Shown piece by piece: positions 50,074 through 64,000 of a stretch of DNA of 64,000 bases. Source of the DNA: Octopus bimaculoides. Taxonomy: Eukaryota. Both the position numbers and the translations under genes were made by a program. The stretch spans positions 99,721,269 to 99,785,268 of the forward strand of contig NC_068982.1 in assembly GCF_001194135.2 (NCBI RefSeq). Reading direction: 5' to 3'. The stretch's first letter is position 1. Each line of letters starts with the position of its first letter. Below the pieces are notes generated by a model. The model was not told where the DNA came from. It saw only the letters and a list, made by a program, of their open reading frames with translations, and ran no database searches.

Positions 50074-52399
50074 CTAAAATTAAAAAGAGATAAAAATGAG
50101 ACAACAATATTCTTTGAAATACAAGTGTCAGTTACAGCCTTTGAAAAGATTAAATTTATAAGTCCAATAAAACTAAAAATTATATAACACAATGAAACAA
50201 TACACACATAATATAACATTTCAAATTAAGTAGCTTCCTTATATTTTATTCTTCATATATTGTTGATTAATTATTTCATGGGCCACAACCATCTTTGAGT
50301 CAATGTTTTCCAATAACATTAAATAGAATTGATATAAAACTTTCTCAATACAGAATGTAAGAAAGATTTTCCTGATAGACAAATGCATAGTTATGAAGAC
50401 TGAGGCAAAACAAACTCAATGCCTCATCCAAAGAGACAATAAACCGTCCCCAAGTAGATGAACTTGTGACCCATGTATTTGTACTATAATGTAGGATCAA
50501 TTCAGATTTTATATTTAGTTAGTATTTTTATAAAACAGAAGATCCTTACTAGGAAGAATTTTTTCAGTTGTCAAGTTAAGTAAACTATTAACTGCAGGGT
50601 TAATTTAAAGTTGATTAAATATTTCTGAAGTCTGTTGTATGTAGAAAAGTCAGCAGAATGTAACAATAGTTCAACAACTGCATTTGCCTCAATGCTAGCA
50701 TTCCTTATTCCATGTTAAAGCCGTTTACCCATTTGTCAGTTGTAATAAAACAAATATATGATCAAAGGCACTCTGGTTGTGATTATCAAGGACTACAGTA
50801 TCCAAAGCATCCTTCCTTTCTTATGATATCTGGCTGCTATTTCTAGTAAGTCAGTTGATTATAGAAATTCTCTTGTTTGGTTTGTCTTCATTTTCATTTC
50901 AGTCTCTGACCAAACATGGGTTATCATTCACCACCCAGAGACAATCCTTGTACAAAGTGGCTCTGCCTATGTTAGAGGTATCCCAAGTAGATATTGGCAA
51001 GTCTAACTTAACTTACAACAGGAGAGCAATTAAGTAGGAAGCTCCTCTCATTGGCAACAAAGTAAAACATATTATCGACAATGAACATAACCAAGCACTC
51101 AGAAGAAGCAAAAGAAGAAACACCTTTTAACATTTGTTTTTAAAACTCTATTTCAATGAAGAATTAGTCAATATTTTGTCACGTGTTGGACCAAATCCTC
51201 AGTGATCCCTAGCTTCCTTCAATCTTCTCATTCCATTCCAAGCTTATTTTTGCTCTGGTGATTGATTTATTCATCCTATCTGTCCTTCCGTTCTAATCAT
51301 ATATGAATGAGATAGACAGATATATCTCTGTCTCAGCCATCACTCTCACAAGCAACACTTGATGTAGCTAATTCACAGCTGTCTATAAGTTCATCATATC
51401 ATTCCTTAAATTCTCATTACACAACTAATTAATCAAATTCCTCTCATTTCTTTCCACATGCTGCAAACAAATTTCACTATCATAAATAATTCATCTACCA
51501 TTCTCATCCCCCCTCCTCTCTCTCTCATACAGACACCCACACACAATATTAAACTAATCATCATCTCCATCAGAGGAAGAGGCTGTATTTGACACAAATA
51601 TTTTCATATGAAATTAAAATTAAGAAAAATCAAGTTTCATCAAAATAACAGACATTATTCAAAAGAAAATTACAAATGAATCACAAAATAAATACATTGT
51701 CATTTACATTTTATAATATATTTATTTTACATTGTCATTGTTAAGCTTGATATAAATGTTATTCTCAATTACTGTGAAAGTGAGAAGGATAATCTGATAT
51801 GACGATCATAAATGGTATACTCTTTCTCCATTGATGCTTTTGTCAGATTTTTCAAAGAGATTTTGAAACTGATAAATGCCATGTAAATAACAAAAATTAC
51901 TGAATGTAATATAATGACAAATATATTTCATTAATGCAATTTTATTATCAGTTCTGCATTCTGTATATATGTGGCAAAATATAACACCATAGAACACACA
52001 CACACACACACACACGCACATACAGACACTTTAATATAATAAAATCTAGATAAAATAGATACAAGTTTAATAATTTAATTAACTTCACATGTTTTTCCTC
52101 CAATAATCATTTTGTTAAATTTCAATTTCCATAAGATTTTATTACATCCATTAAAGTCTATAATGTATTGAAGTTTACTCTTCACACACACACACACATG
52201 CATGTATGAATTGTACACACACACACACACACAAGAAAAAAAATGATTGCAAATGGTTCTTATATCATTTCAATTAACTTCATTTATTTAAATACTACTA
52301 CATGTCACACTTAAATTACTCAGTCTCTTTTCTCAAAGCAGGAAAGAAACCCTGTACCCTAATATAGATAAGAGCATGGCTACTTTCCAGAGCCCTAGG

Positions 52400-52760
52400 C
52401 TGGCAGTTGAGGATGGATTTTGCAAAACAAATTGGGGACTCTGATCACATCATACAGGCAACACTTTGTCCAGACAGGAACATTTTCGCAGATTCCATCA
52501 AGCAGGTGATCATGTGAGAAGCACTCATGGAGGAAGATTATGAGAAAAAACTTCCCAGATACCAAAACCTGGTGGAGCAGTGCAAAAGCAAAGGCTGTTG
52601 GACTCACTGTGAGTGAACTGAAGAGGGGCTGCTGGGGGATTTGAGAGACACTCACTCTGAAAAGTTTTGACAAGGTTCTTCAGTAAATGGAGAAGACATA
52701 TATTCCTGTATTGAAGCTGCAGAGAAAGCTATAATGTGGGTCTGGATAAAGAATGCAGGC
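52400..52760 (+). mobile_element. Relic of a restriction-like-endonuclease (REL) non-LTR retrotransposon C-terminus (HERO/R4/NeSL group)
   Basis: Translation HIIQATLCPD...KQVIM*E..MEE.YEKK..RYQNLVEQC..KG...EAAEKA..WVWIK. Confidence 0.6.
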
Positions 52761-52870
52761 TCATGGGTGGTGGTTAGTAGATGCAATCAACCCCAGTTAG
52801 CACAAAACATATATATATATAAGATCGNNNNNNNNNNNNNNNNNNNNNNNNNNNNNNNNNNNNNNNNNNN

Positions 52871-52903
<33 letters not shown>

Positions 52904-52999
52904 GCTAAACTGAAGTTGTCATTTCAAAGAATGTTTTAAAACAATGGAAGTTTTATTGTAGAGGGGACTCAAATTTAGAGTAAACCTTATTGTAAAGGC

Positions 53000-54495
53000 C
53001 CAGACATCATATATATTTTAGGTTTGGCAAATATGTATGCCTCACCATCATGGCTGGCAATGTTAATGGACACGTCAGGCAACACCAGAGGGCTTCTTAG
53101 GTGTATATGGAGGCTATGGCTTTGGCATATGGAATGAGTCAGGATCATGGCCCCTGAAATACAGTGATACAAATGGTCTTGCCATTTGCAAGACTAACTC
53201 CAAGAAACCAGCTAGCTGATCACATACATACCTACTGAGAGAACACAGATGTCTGCTAGATTTTATATTCATTAAGAAAAATGGTGGAGAGATTGTTGTA
53301 AATATTGTGAATGCTAAGTCTATCGCTAGTGAAAATATAACTTAACCTACATAAACTAGTGGTTAGTGTCTTCAGAATTAGAGCTCAATGGACCCAGAGA
53401 GAGAAGCCTATTTTAAGAAGAAGGACATGGAAGTTGAAAGTGCTAAGAACCAGCAGTAGGTTTTGAGATGTATTAATTGACACATTTGACAGAAAATTAT
53501 ATCATAAAGAACAGTTGAGAGTTTCTACAGGCCGACCTACTGAGGGTGATGAACCAAATCTGTGGCTGGAGCAAGACTACTGCCAGAAAGAAGATGACAT
53601 GATGGTGGCTCTATCAACAGTTCTGTTGATAGAGCCATAAAGGCTAAGAGACAAGTTTAAAAAAACTGGAAGAGGGAAGCAAAGAATAAAGTTAAGTCAC
53701 AAAAGGTAAGTTAGATATTACTTATACTTAACAAGGGAAGAAATCAGGATTAGAGGTGTGAAATATTCTGTATTGCAAAACAGTGTACAAGAGAAAATGA
53801 AGACATCATTGGAGTAAAGTGTATATGGAATTATAAAAGCACTCTTGTGCTTATAGACATTTAAAAGAATCATGGAAATGCTATTATAAGAGGTTGTTGA
53901 ACATGGAGAATGCATGAGCGAAAGAGAGATTACTCAAAGTAAATCAAACAGAGAGAAAATCATTCGAGTTGACAACAGTATGGTGTATAGATTGATTAAG
54001 GATATGAAGGCAAAGGAGACACCTGATCCATCAGGAATCACAGCTCAAATGTTTAAAATGTTTGGTAGAGTAGGTAGTACAGGAGGATGTCATAACCAAT
54101 GACTAGAAGAGTAGCAGTATCATTTACTGCTACAAATGCAGGAAAGAGACATAAATACAGAAGTATTAAACTATTAGATTAGATTATGAAAGATAAAGAA
54201 GAAATTTTAGCACAATTAATTAGGATATGAATAAATTGAGAAGAATGCAGTTTGGTTTTGTGCCAGGAAGAGATACCACTGATGCCATCTTCTGAGTGAG
54301 ACAACTGAAGAAGTAAAACTAGCCAGGAGTAAACTCCTACAACTATCATTTATTGACCTAGAGAAGGCTTTCTATAGGGTTCCATGATCTATGATCTGGT
54401 GGTCACTTAGAAAGTTTAAAACAGACAAATGGTTTGTGAGAGCTGTATAAGCCATGTACAGAGGTGCACTCAGTAAGGTGTTAGTAATGAGAATA
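53000..54495 (+). mobile_element. Degraded RTE LINE (APE endonuclease to RT)
   Basis: Remnants resembling AGxxNGHV (APE), then MQFGFVPG..TTDAIF and FIDLEKAF.RVP (RT). Confidence 0.8.
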
Positions 54496-54497
54496 GA

Positions 54498-54540
<43 letters not shown>

Positions 54541-55252
54541 NNNNNNNNNNNNNNNNNNNNNNNNNNNNNNNNNNNNNNNNNNNNNNNNNNNNNNNNNNNN
54601 NNNNNNNNNNNNNNNNNNNNNNNNNNNNNNNNNNNNNNNNNNNNNNNNNNNNNNNNNNNNNNNNNNNNNNNNNNNNNNNNNNNNNNNNNNNNNNNNNNNN
54701 NNNNNNNNNNNNNNNNNNNNNNNNNNNNNNNNNNNNNNNNNNNNNNNNNNNNNNNNNNNNNNNNNNNNNNNNNNNNNNNNNNNNNNNNNNNNNNNNNNNN
54801 NNNNNNNNNNNNNNNNNNNNNNNNNNNNNNNNNNNNNNNNNNNNNNNNNNNNNNNNNNNNNNNNNNNNNNNNNNNNNNNNNNNNNNNNNNNNNNNNNNNN
54901 NNNNNNNNNNNNNNNNNNNNNNNNNNNNNNNNNNNNNNNNNNNNNNNNNNNNNNNNNNNNNNNNNNNNNNNNNNNNNNNNNNNNNNNNNNNNNNNNNNNN
55001 NNNNNNNNNNNNNNNNNNNNNNNNNNNNNNNNNNNNNNNNNNNNNNNNNNNNNNNNNNNNNNNNNNNNNNNNNNNNNNNNNNNNNNNNNNNNNNNNNNNN
55101 NNNNNNNNNNNNNNNNNNNNNNNNNNNNNNNNNNNNNNNNNNNNNNNNNNNNNNNNNNNNNNNNNNNNNNNNNNNNNNNNNNNNNNNNNNNNNNNNNNNN
55201 NNNNNNNNNNNNNNNNNNNNNNNNNNNNNNNNNNNNNNNNNNNNNNNNNNNN

Positions 55253-55314
<62 letters not shown>

Positions 55315-55862
55315 TCATCAGGCACTGGCTCTCATGGCTTCTGATCTTAGCTAGTGGAAGTGTTATGTTATCATGTACATATTTTGTCTTGGTATAAAAG
55401 GTAGGCTACAACAAATATTCTGCTCCATACCACAGATTTGCTTGTCAGTTGCTTGGCCTTAACCAGTTGAACATGTCCCTTAGTTGCTGACAATATGTGC
55501 ATCTCTGATCACAAGCAGAAGTATTGGGGGAGCATCATAGCCATGTGTTGAGAGGAATTCTTTGGGGTTTGAATAATTCACCTCAGGAAATATGGGTGTT
55601 TCATTCATCATCCTTAAACAAACTTTATTCAGGGACCTTTTGAGTGGGATGGGCTACTCGACCCGAAGAAAATTTGAACAGGGCCCCACCTGCAAGGTCA
55701 TGCACTGTTTACCTTAATATGAGATCACTATGTTGCACACATATGGCTGTGATGCATGTGCCTGGTGTACCTTTATCAGTCAGGCAGTCATGATGGGTAT
55801 ATTGGGCTTCGTATATTTGTACCCACGTCACTTTGATGGCATGCACTGCTCTCTCACTCAAT
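55315..55862 (-). mobile_element. ~550-bp interspersed repeat flanked by (TAA)n, probable retroposon
   Basis: GC-richer block bounded by TAA repeats. Recognised from recall only; single copy in this window. Confidence 0.4.
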
Positions 55863-57269
55863 AATAATAGCAATAATAATAATAATGTGAAGTAACAAGG
55901 ACATATCATTAATAAGAGTATAAATGGTGACAAAAAGACTCTTGACTAACCAAATGACAGGCCCTCCCAAGTACAACACACACACTCACACATAATCTAA
56001 ACATGCATACATGTGTATGTGGCAATTGTATATGGTTAGTACAAACATTGAAGAAAGTACTCTGTTTTTGAAGAGTAGCACATATACACATTATAATTTC
56101 AGAAATTCAGCTTTATATATGGAGAACACTAAAGTAGTTGTAGGAACAGCCATCAGGAGAAAAAAAATGTTCCTAAACTTGGCAAATTCCTGCAATCCCA
56201 AACCATCAAGGTGTGTCTCAAAAGGTTGCAAATGTATATAGCATCAAGTATGATCAGGTATGCTTTTACAAAAATATATAGAATACATCAACTTATTTAA
56301 GTTAGAGTGGTGTCATCAAATATGCAAAATAGTCACAAATTAGCATACAATTTTTAACCATGAAGCTTCTTTATTTCAGTTTCAGGCGTGGGTGTTTATG
56401 TGAAAGTCGTGACATTAGCATTATTATTTATTTAGCATATGCTGTCTTCAGACTATGTTTGGGAACCATTTACATGATGCACAGTTATGTTTATATTTAA
56501 AATTTAGACATTAATACATACACCCACATACATATGCATATTTATATATTCACATATACATTTGTCTACACACACACAAGCATGCATGCGTGCGCATACA
56601 CACACATTATTTAATGATTCTCTTTGGGTTAGTTTGCCAGATTTCTATCAGTGATTGATGAGATTGTCATAATAAATTACATTTGTTTCCTAATTTGACC
56701 TCAACAGAGCAAGAGAGAGACATAATGAGTACAAGATACACAAACATAAGACTAATAGCAATGTGACTATGCATAAAAATCTATAGCCATGCAAACTTTT
56801 TAAATTCATACCAGATGGAAAAATTCATATGAAAACATATGATCATAGTGTGACCTAATTGCCTGAATAGATAATCATGAATTTAGAGGGTTTTCACTAA
56901 AATAATATCTTTTCTGAGTCATGAAGACACATAGGGCATGTACTTATCTTCAGTCTCTGTTAAGTGGATTTTTGTGACAAGTTTCTCCAATATATAGGAC
57001 ACTAATCTATTACAGGTAGCTTTTACCATAGAAACAACTGAACTTCTGTAAGCCAGTTAGCCATTTTGTAATTCAAAAATACTAACCTTTGCTTAATACT
57101 GAATTATAATAGTTGTGCTACACACTAAGAATGAACTAGACAGACATGTGAAATGTAATGGCTAGACACACACACACAACACTGCCACCAACCTCTTGCT
57201 TGGTCACTCAGTACATTACTAACTCTACAGGCTGCATTCACATAGCACAACTGTAATGTCGTTATTGCT

Positions 57270-57445
57270 GATTGAGCAGATCTAAGATCAACAGCATTCC
57301 AACTATGACCATCCTGTATTTATTTCAAGCATAGATCCAGGTCTATATTATCCAATGTATCCTTTTTTTAAGATGATAAGGTGTGATTTGAGGGAGATAT
57401 GGCTGATATTTCTAGCAGGTCAAGCAGCCATTTAATGGCTCCTTC
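57270..57445 (+). repeat. ~180-bp interspersed repeat (gagggagatatggctgctatttctagca core)
   Basis: Related segments at ~23730, ~33130-33660 (split by a SINE), ~49120-49300 (reverse) and ~50790. Confidence 0.55.
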
Positions 57446-57502
57446 CTCCCTCACTGCCCCAATCTGCAACATTTCCTGAGAATAAATGTTTACTTAATAG
57501 CA

Positions 57503-58090
57503 TAGGAGTGGCTGTGTAGTAAGTAGCTTGCTTATGAACCACATGGTTCCGGGTTCAGTCCCACTGCATGGCACCTTGGGCAAGTGTCTTCTACTATAGC
57601 CTCGGGCTGACCAAAGCTTTGTGAGTGGATTTGGTAGACAGAAACTGAAAGAAGCCCGTTGTATATATGTGTGTGTATATATATATANNNNNNNNNNNNN
57701 NNNNNNNNNNNNNNNNNNNNNNNNNNNNNNNNNNNNNNNNNNNNNNNNNNNNNNNNNNNNNNNNNNNNNNNNNNNNNNNNNNNNNNNNNNNNNNNNNNNN
57801 NNNNNNNNNNNNNNNNNNNNNNNNNNNNNNNNNNNNNNNNNNNNNNNNNNNNNNNNNNNNNNNNNNNNNNNNNNNNNNNNNNNNNNNNNNNNNNNNNNNN
57901 NNNNNNNNNNNNNNNNNNNNNNNNNNNNNNNNNNNNNNNNNNNNNNNNNNNNNNNNNNNNNNNNNNNNNNNNNNNNNNNNNGATAGAATAAGTACTAGGT
58001 TTACAAAGAATAAATCCTGGGGTCGATTTGCTCGACTAAAGGTGGTGCTCCAGCATGGCCACAGTCAAATGACTGAAACAAGTAAAAGAG
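57503..58090 (+). mobile_element. SINE family A young copy spanning a gap
   Basis: Head and tail match 14542-14918. Confidence 0.88.
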
Positions 58091-58162
58091 TAATGAAACA
58101 TAAATATTCATGCAATAAAGAGCTTTTGATTTAAATATGATCAACTGTTAATGTAATGCAAG

Positions 58163-58381
58163 TCAACCCTTAGGAAATGACAGGGCCAATCTATCAGTCG
58201 AAAAGACGAATGTCAAAGAAGATTGTATTAATTCATTCCATTTCCTGCAAGAATATACATAGTTTGCAAGCCCTCTGTAGGGTTCGTGAAAAGGGCTCTG
58301 TCTTCTTGGCACTGACACTACAAATGAGGCTCTGTCTCCAAAGGGTCAAAGTCATAGACATATTGTTACTGAAAGGGTTAA
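58163..58381. mobile_element. TTAA/CCCTT-ended MITE-like element
   Basis: tcaacccttagg ... ctgaaagggttaa. Confidence 0.4.
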
Positions 58382-61300
58382 TCTATTTTACTTGCTTCTT
58401 GGTTCTAGGCAGTTGGCTGCAGCCATCATGGTACCATGATTTTTCTTTTAATTTGCTACTTAAAAAAATGTCACGATAGGTTTGAGTTTGTGTACAGATT
58501 TCAGGCTGTTAACAGTCTTTACTTGTTTAAGATGCCAGTTGATTAATTGCAAGTTTTCGCCTATGGAAGGATTCCCTCTCAGCAACGCAACCATTGTTTA
58601 TAATGTTTCTTCTAATCAAAGCAGTTAAGTACAGTTCTCTATTTTTACCTATTTACTACCAAGTGGACTGAGCCAACAATTTATGTTCAGTATCTGTCTT
58701 TGCTGGGAATTCAGTGCAGTGTTGGTAGCGAGATGTTTATAGATGACTCATCAACTGACAAGTTGCTATCCTCTCATTTGGCCAAGCCTGATTTTCAGTG
58801 ATAATGTCAATGAGCATTCATATATCTCAGATAAAAAGTACTGTTCTGAATAAAACTAATGACGTCTTGCCTAAACTTACATCAGAATAGAATTGCCTCA
58901 AGGTTTAAAAATTAATTTCTCAATTGTAATTATCTTAGGTCTATTACTAATGCTTGGAGTTAATCATTTAGATGTCAAAAATGGTGCCTATTACAGAATA
59001 GCACTTATAATTTTTATCAAATCTGATAAAAGAGGCAAGATATTGATCTTTAAATGTATTAATTTAGAAAATTAATAGCTTTTATTAAAATTTGAATCAT
59101 TAGAGATTCAACTTGTTGGTTTCAATTTTTTTTATATGTTTAGCCAACAAAAGAAGCAGCAAATGAATATCTGTTGCTTAACAAAAGCAGCCTAAATAAC
59201 AGACGTTTTTTTTAATGGTAAAAACTAGATAAAAATAAGAAAAAAAAACTACTGAAGGACTTTTAAGTTCCCATATTCCATAAAAAAAGAAAAGAAAATC
59301 AATACTAATAGAGATATGCAGCCATGCATATACTATTAAATAAAAGATGCAGAAAATATAATCAAATATAAAAGAACAATTCAGTTAAACTAGGGAAGAT
59401 TAGTTTGCACTGATAAATCTGAAGTTTTTCAATATTTTTACAATAAGAAGGAACAATAAATGCATTAAGCTGTTAGAATTTTCCAGAAAAGCTATTAGAT
59501 CTCAACATATCAGTATGGAAATTAAATTGAAAGTAAAAGAATAAAAGTATAAGAAAAAAAATTAAATTAAATAAAATAAGAATATATGATATAATATAAA
59601 AATAATTCCAAACAAATTATGTTCTTTGATTTCAGGAGTAGTTTTCAATGAATTTATGTTTAGAATGCAATAATCTTAGCAGATTGGATTCGTTCTTACT
59701 TCCCTCTCCCTACCATATTATATGGGAAGGGAAGAATGTTCAAAATTGCAATAGTAACAAATACTTTAGACAATAAAAAGAATTATTTTAAAGTTTCATA
59801 ATTGAATGACAAATCTACCATTTTCTAACTAGAAAAATGGCAGACTATAAGAACAATTTCTTTGAATAGAATTCTTTTATTTCTTCTGTTTTTTTTGTCT
59901 TTAATTTATTTTAAAGAAAAGAGAATAATGATTCCATTAATGTCAGTATCTACTAATATACTGATTTTGAAGGGAGGGAAAATAACGCTAACTTCCATAC
60001 CTCACTACAGAACAGTATTATTTATCAAACTAGTTACCAGAGACTTCAACAATCCAGTCTCAGACTTTTCCAACAACTTTATAATAGAGATAATTCTAAA
60101 ATACATCTGACAAACATTTCCAAAATCCACTTCTGAATAGTGTTCATTAAAAAAGTCTTTAAAAAGATCAATATAATTAATGATTAAAAACAGCACAAAC
60201 AAACTATCAATTGTCCTCTCAGCAAGTAGTGAATAAGTAAGAAAAGAGAAGTTTAACTAATGAACTACTATTCTTAACCTAAATCATAACAGTCACCAAC
60301 AAACAGCAAGAAGCAAATATGAGTAATTCAGCATGATTTAGTCCATGCCACTTCACTTAAGAAATTAAAAGCTAAGACATTAATAACCAAGTACTAGAGT
60401 GGCAAAACTGGATACTTCTATGAATCAGACAAAATTCTTAATTTATGCCATTCCGCAAGTAATTTCCATATTTGGATAACCTTTCTTTTTAAATGCAATT
60501 CATAACTTCAATAATTTTCAGCCATCTTTGCTGTAAAATAGAAAGTCTAATAACATAGAGCTCGCGAAGTTTATGTATTACTTCTTTTATAAATATTTAC
60601 TAATAACAGTAGACAAACTGAAGAAAATGTTGACTTAAACTGATACTGGGATGACACACACAAATGAAACAGTGGATTAACTCTTCATAACATGAATAAT
60701 CCACTATTAATTAATTGCAAAAATTTTAATGTAATTGATATTAGATAATATGAGCAATAACTAAGAATAGAAGAACAAGTTTATGACCTAATTTGAGAAG
60801 AGAAAATGATAGGCAGACTGTTGTGTAATCTATAATGAGTTGTCATATAAATAATAGAAACATGGTTTGTTGTTCAAGTGATATCAGTGAATATATTGGT
60901 CTCTGTCTGCTTCCAAATTGTGTTTATAATTTTTTTTATTCTTTTACTGGATTGAGACATTGCCTTCAAGAGTTTTTGTCAGTTATATCAACCTAGTACT
61001 TGGTTAGGTACCATTTTAATGATTTCATAAGAGATGAGAAGAGAAATTACCTTTGACATAAGGAAGGCAATAACTTAATTCAAACAAATATCACAAGGTT
61101 TTAACTGCTAACCGACCTGATTTTTCTTCACTTACCAGCCCCCTCCCATACATAGTCTCCTATATGTTTTTTTTAAAAATTAAAGTACAAGATGTTTTCC
61201 CAAGATTCTGTATAGTGAACTTCTTAACCACACAACCATATCTACAGCCCCTATAATGTTTAGTATCATGAAGAATATGGCTTCAGTAGATTTACAACTT

Positions 61301-64000
61301 TTCTGAATAAAAAAAGAACAATTTTCAAAGTATGGACAAACAAGTAAAGGATAAGCAGTTTAATAAGTGGAAAATATTTTAAATAGGACTTAAGGATCAC
61401 ATTGTTTATAATGGCTTTGTTATATTTATAGTGTTCTAAACAAGTGTTCTACTATATTATTAATATATATACATACTCAGTACGTAAGATGTTGTTTCCA
61501 TCTTGGATCAATTTTTTGGTGTGCCACTTAAATAATGCTAGGGATTTTCAATACACAATTAAAAACACATATCTGAAGTTATGAACTCAATTACTTTCAA
61601 CGGGATTTTCATAATTTACAGGTCTCTGAAAATGTATGCCAAGTATACCTAATTCCTAATGCATTCTTGCCCCAAAACACAATAAGCTTACTTGACCACT
61701 GCTTTATATAAGGAGCCAATAAGCAAGAATGATGAAAATCATAAAAGGAGTAAAAACTAATTACAAAGTAGGCACAATCATTATGATTAGAATCTAACCT
61801 TATGTTAAGGATTAAAACAATTGTTAGTTGTTTAGGGAGTTCGAAAGAAAATAACTCAGAAAATATCAAGTGATAGAACAAAGACAGTATTGAGAGAAAA
61901 GAAAACCTTCACTTGCTTATTTAACAAGTGTGGTTATGATTAAGAATAAGGTATGGAAAAATGAAATAGCTTAAAATAAAAACTTACTCATTTAAAAACA
62001 TACAGGATCGGTAATATGTAAAGTAACTAGTTATAAAAAAAGAACTCATAACAAAAGAGAACTACTCACCTAATTTGTAGAATTATAGGAAACTGATAGT
62101 GATGGTATTGTAGAGAGGGTTTAAGCAAACATTGAACTAGCAAACAATCATTTAATGTTTTACAATAAAATGAACTTTGAAATATCAGCTAAATACATTT
62201 CCATATGCACCAATTCATAATTTCAAAAAAGCATGTGAATGACAATAACATTCAAAAATCTTTATAAACGAAATTAGAATATTAAATTTTAAAAAATACG
62301 CATATATCCAATATAAATATATTTTGTAAGCAATAAAGGCAATTCATGGTAAAAAGGCATAAAAATGAAACTAACAGCAAAAACCTACACCAGGGTATAT
62401 CTACAAGAGGCACTAGTTACATACAATACTCAAAAAGGTAGAAAATACTAGACTGATAAAAGCCATTTTGAAGGGAAGAATTTGTGCAAGGTAGTGTGTG
62501 TTATGGATGTGCAAGGTATTCTGAGCAGAGAGGGCAGCATCTATAGCCTTTGCAGGCCATCCTAAACAGAATACTTTTTGTAAGATTATTGTGAGTGAGG
62601 ATGAATTTGAATTGTAATAGCTGGAAGAAGTTACAAACAAGAAGGAAAAATCCAAAGAAATGTAGTAATGAGGGGAAGAACTGAGCTAAGTATCTCATAC
62701 AGGATTTAAGAAGAGATTGTGCAGGTGTGAAAGGAAGAGGTGATTGTAATGAGTTGTTTTAAGGGAGATAATTGACAGAGTCAACAGATTCCTGTAGATC
62801 AGAGACAAGGATAGAATACAGTGCCTAAGGGTGCCAGTATTGCATGATTGTGAATGATTTTATTTTACATATAGAAATTGGACCATTTGTTAATTACTAC
62901 TGAGTTAGTTACTTGAATTCAGCTCAAAAAAAAAATATCCAGTTGATATATACATGATTTTTGTTTGATTTTTTTGAAAGCAACATGCAAGTTAAGAGTA
63001 ATTTTAACTGCAACATTAACAAGAATTACAAACACATTAAATATAGTCAGACTTAAATAAAATTACTACCAATAGCATCAATTATTCATTTAGTTTAAGT
63101 CACAATTAACTGAAACTATAGTCATAACTGTTTTCAAAATTTAAACACCTGGGTAATTAATCATAAACTCACCCATTCACATCAAAAAATGACATGAAAG
63201 TCTCTAATATGATCCCCAACAAGACAGAATCATGGTATATTTGGTTCATTGAATTACTTTCTGGTTATAGCTTTGTTCAAACATAGCTAACTGATGACAT
63301 CCAACATTAAACAGGAGGTAGAATATTGATGTATACTATTTTATATCACACCACAAGCTCATAGTGGATCTATCTTTTTCACAAAAAAGGAGTTTGTACC
63401 ACTAATCTGTCAGAAGTGTGCTTCAGAACATAAAAAGCTCTTAGCTTCTCTATAATCATACATTGTGGATTTCACTTGAACAAATTTAGTTATAACCTAT
63501 GTAATGTTCTCTACGTGTTATGAAACATGCAAGCATAATTTCATTCAACACATATCATTATATTTGGTCATGCCTTGGTAATAACATGAAATTTTCTCAG
63601 ACAGCAGTTCAAATGTTCTACATAAATTGGAGACAAGTAGTATTGCAGAAGATAGGTGATAAGGAAAAATCAATTGAGAAGTGGGCCACGTGAGATATAG
63701 CTCTCCATCAAGTGGGCTGCACTACTAAAAAAATTCAAGGTAATTTTTTTTTGTTAGGTGTGCTATTCAGAAAGTCCCACAGGCCACAGTTATTCTCATG
63801 ACTGGTCTATTCTCAAAGTTTAAAGTATCTATAGCCAGAATGAAACGTTCTTACAGCTAAAGAAAGCCAGCTGGTCAAAATAAAGAACTGCTTCATAATC
63901 TTCTAGCATTCTACGTAAATGTAATCAATCACTTCACTTGCTTATGGTGTGTGTGTGAGTGCACGTGTGTGTGTAATCACTGGCATAACAAGGAGATACT

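Larger units (their letters stand above)
1781..57981. other. Eight assembly gaps: 1781-2642, 7106-7396, 19771-20756, 30548-31274, 34993-35286, 52828-52870, 54541-55251, 57688-57981
   Basis: Runs of n, mostly next to microsatellites or young repeats. Exons could be hidden in them. Confidence 0.98.

Noticed and set aside
58177-58479. 100-aa plus-strand ORF in a GC-richer patch
   Set aside because: Mostly overlaps a MITE-like element; no recognisable motif or splice context.
62064-62072. TAG|GTGAGT recursive-splice-like site in the long upstream intron
   Set aside because: Equivalent motifs occur on the non-coding strand (29876-29884, 49547-49555), so chance is likely.
62413-62800. Possible Penelope-like coding remnant on minus (LGWPAKAIDAA)
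   Set aside because: Similarity to the RGYP motif is too weak to call.

Overview
Eukaryotic, AT-rich genomic DNA with many microsatellites and 8 assembly gaps. The repeat families suggest an octopus/cephalopod genome; this is an inference from recall, not a search. The main feature is the 3' part of an ABLIM/unc-115/dematin-family actin-binding protein gene on the minus strand. I traced 11 GT-AG exons from 50073 down to the stop at 21460. They join in one frame (1251 nt, 416 aa + stop) and end in a villin-headpiece domain. A probable ~4 kb 3' UTR follows. The LIM-domain exons were not found and probably lie beyond 64000. Introns and flanks are full of tRNA-derived SINEs, RTE, Jockey/I-like and REL-type LINE relics, a Buster/Charlie hAT transposase relic and TTAA/hAT MITEs, several of them nested with intact target-site duplications. 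Most worth follow-up: an unidentified candidate minus-strand gene at ~7.5-11.5 kb; large hairpins at 6325-6979, 28336-28543 and 31583-31985; an inverted SINE pair bracketing an in-frame exon pair; an in-frame alternative donor; and a Tyr at the headpiece H41 position. I found no convincing new system, only these testable candidates.
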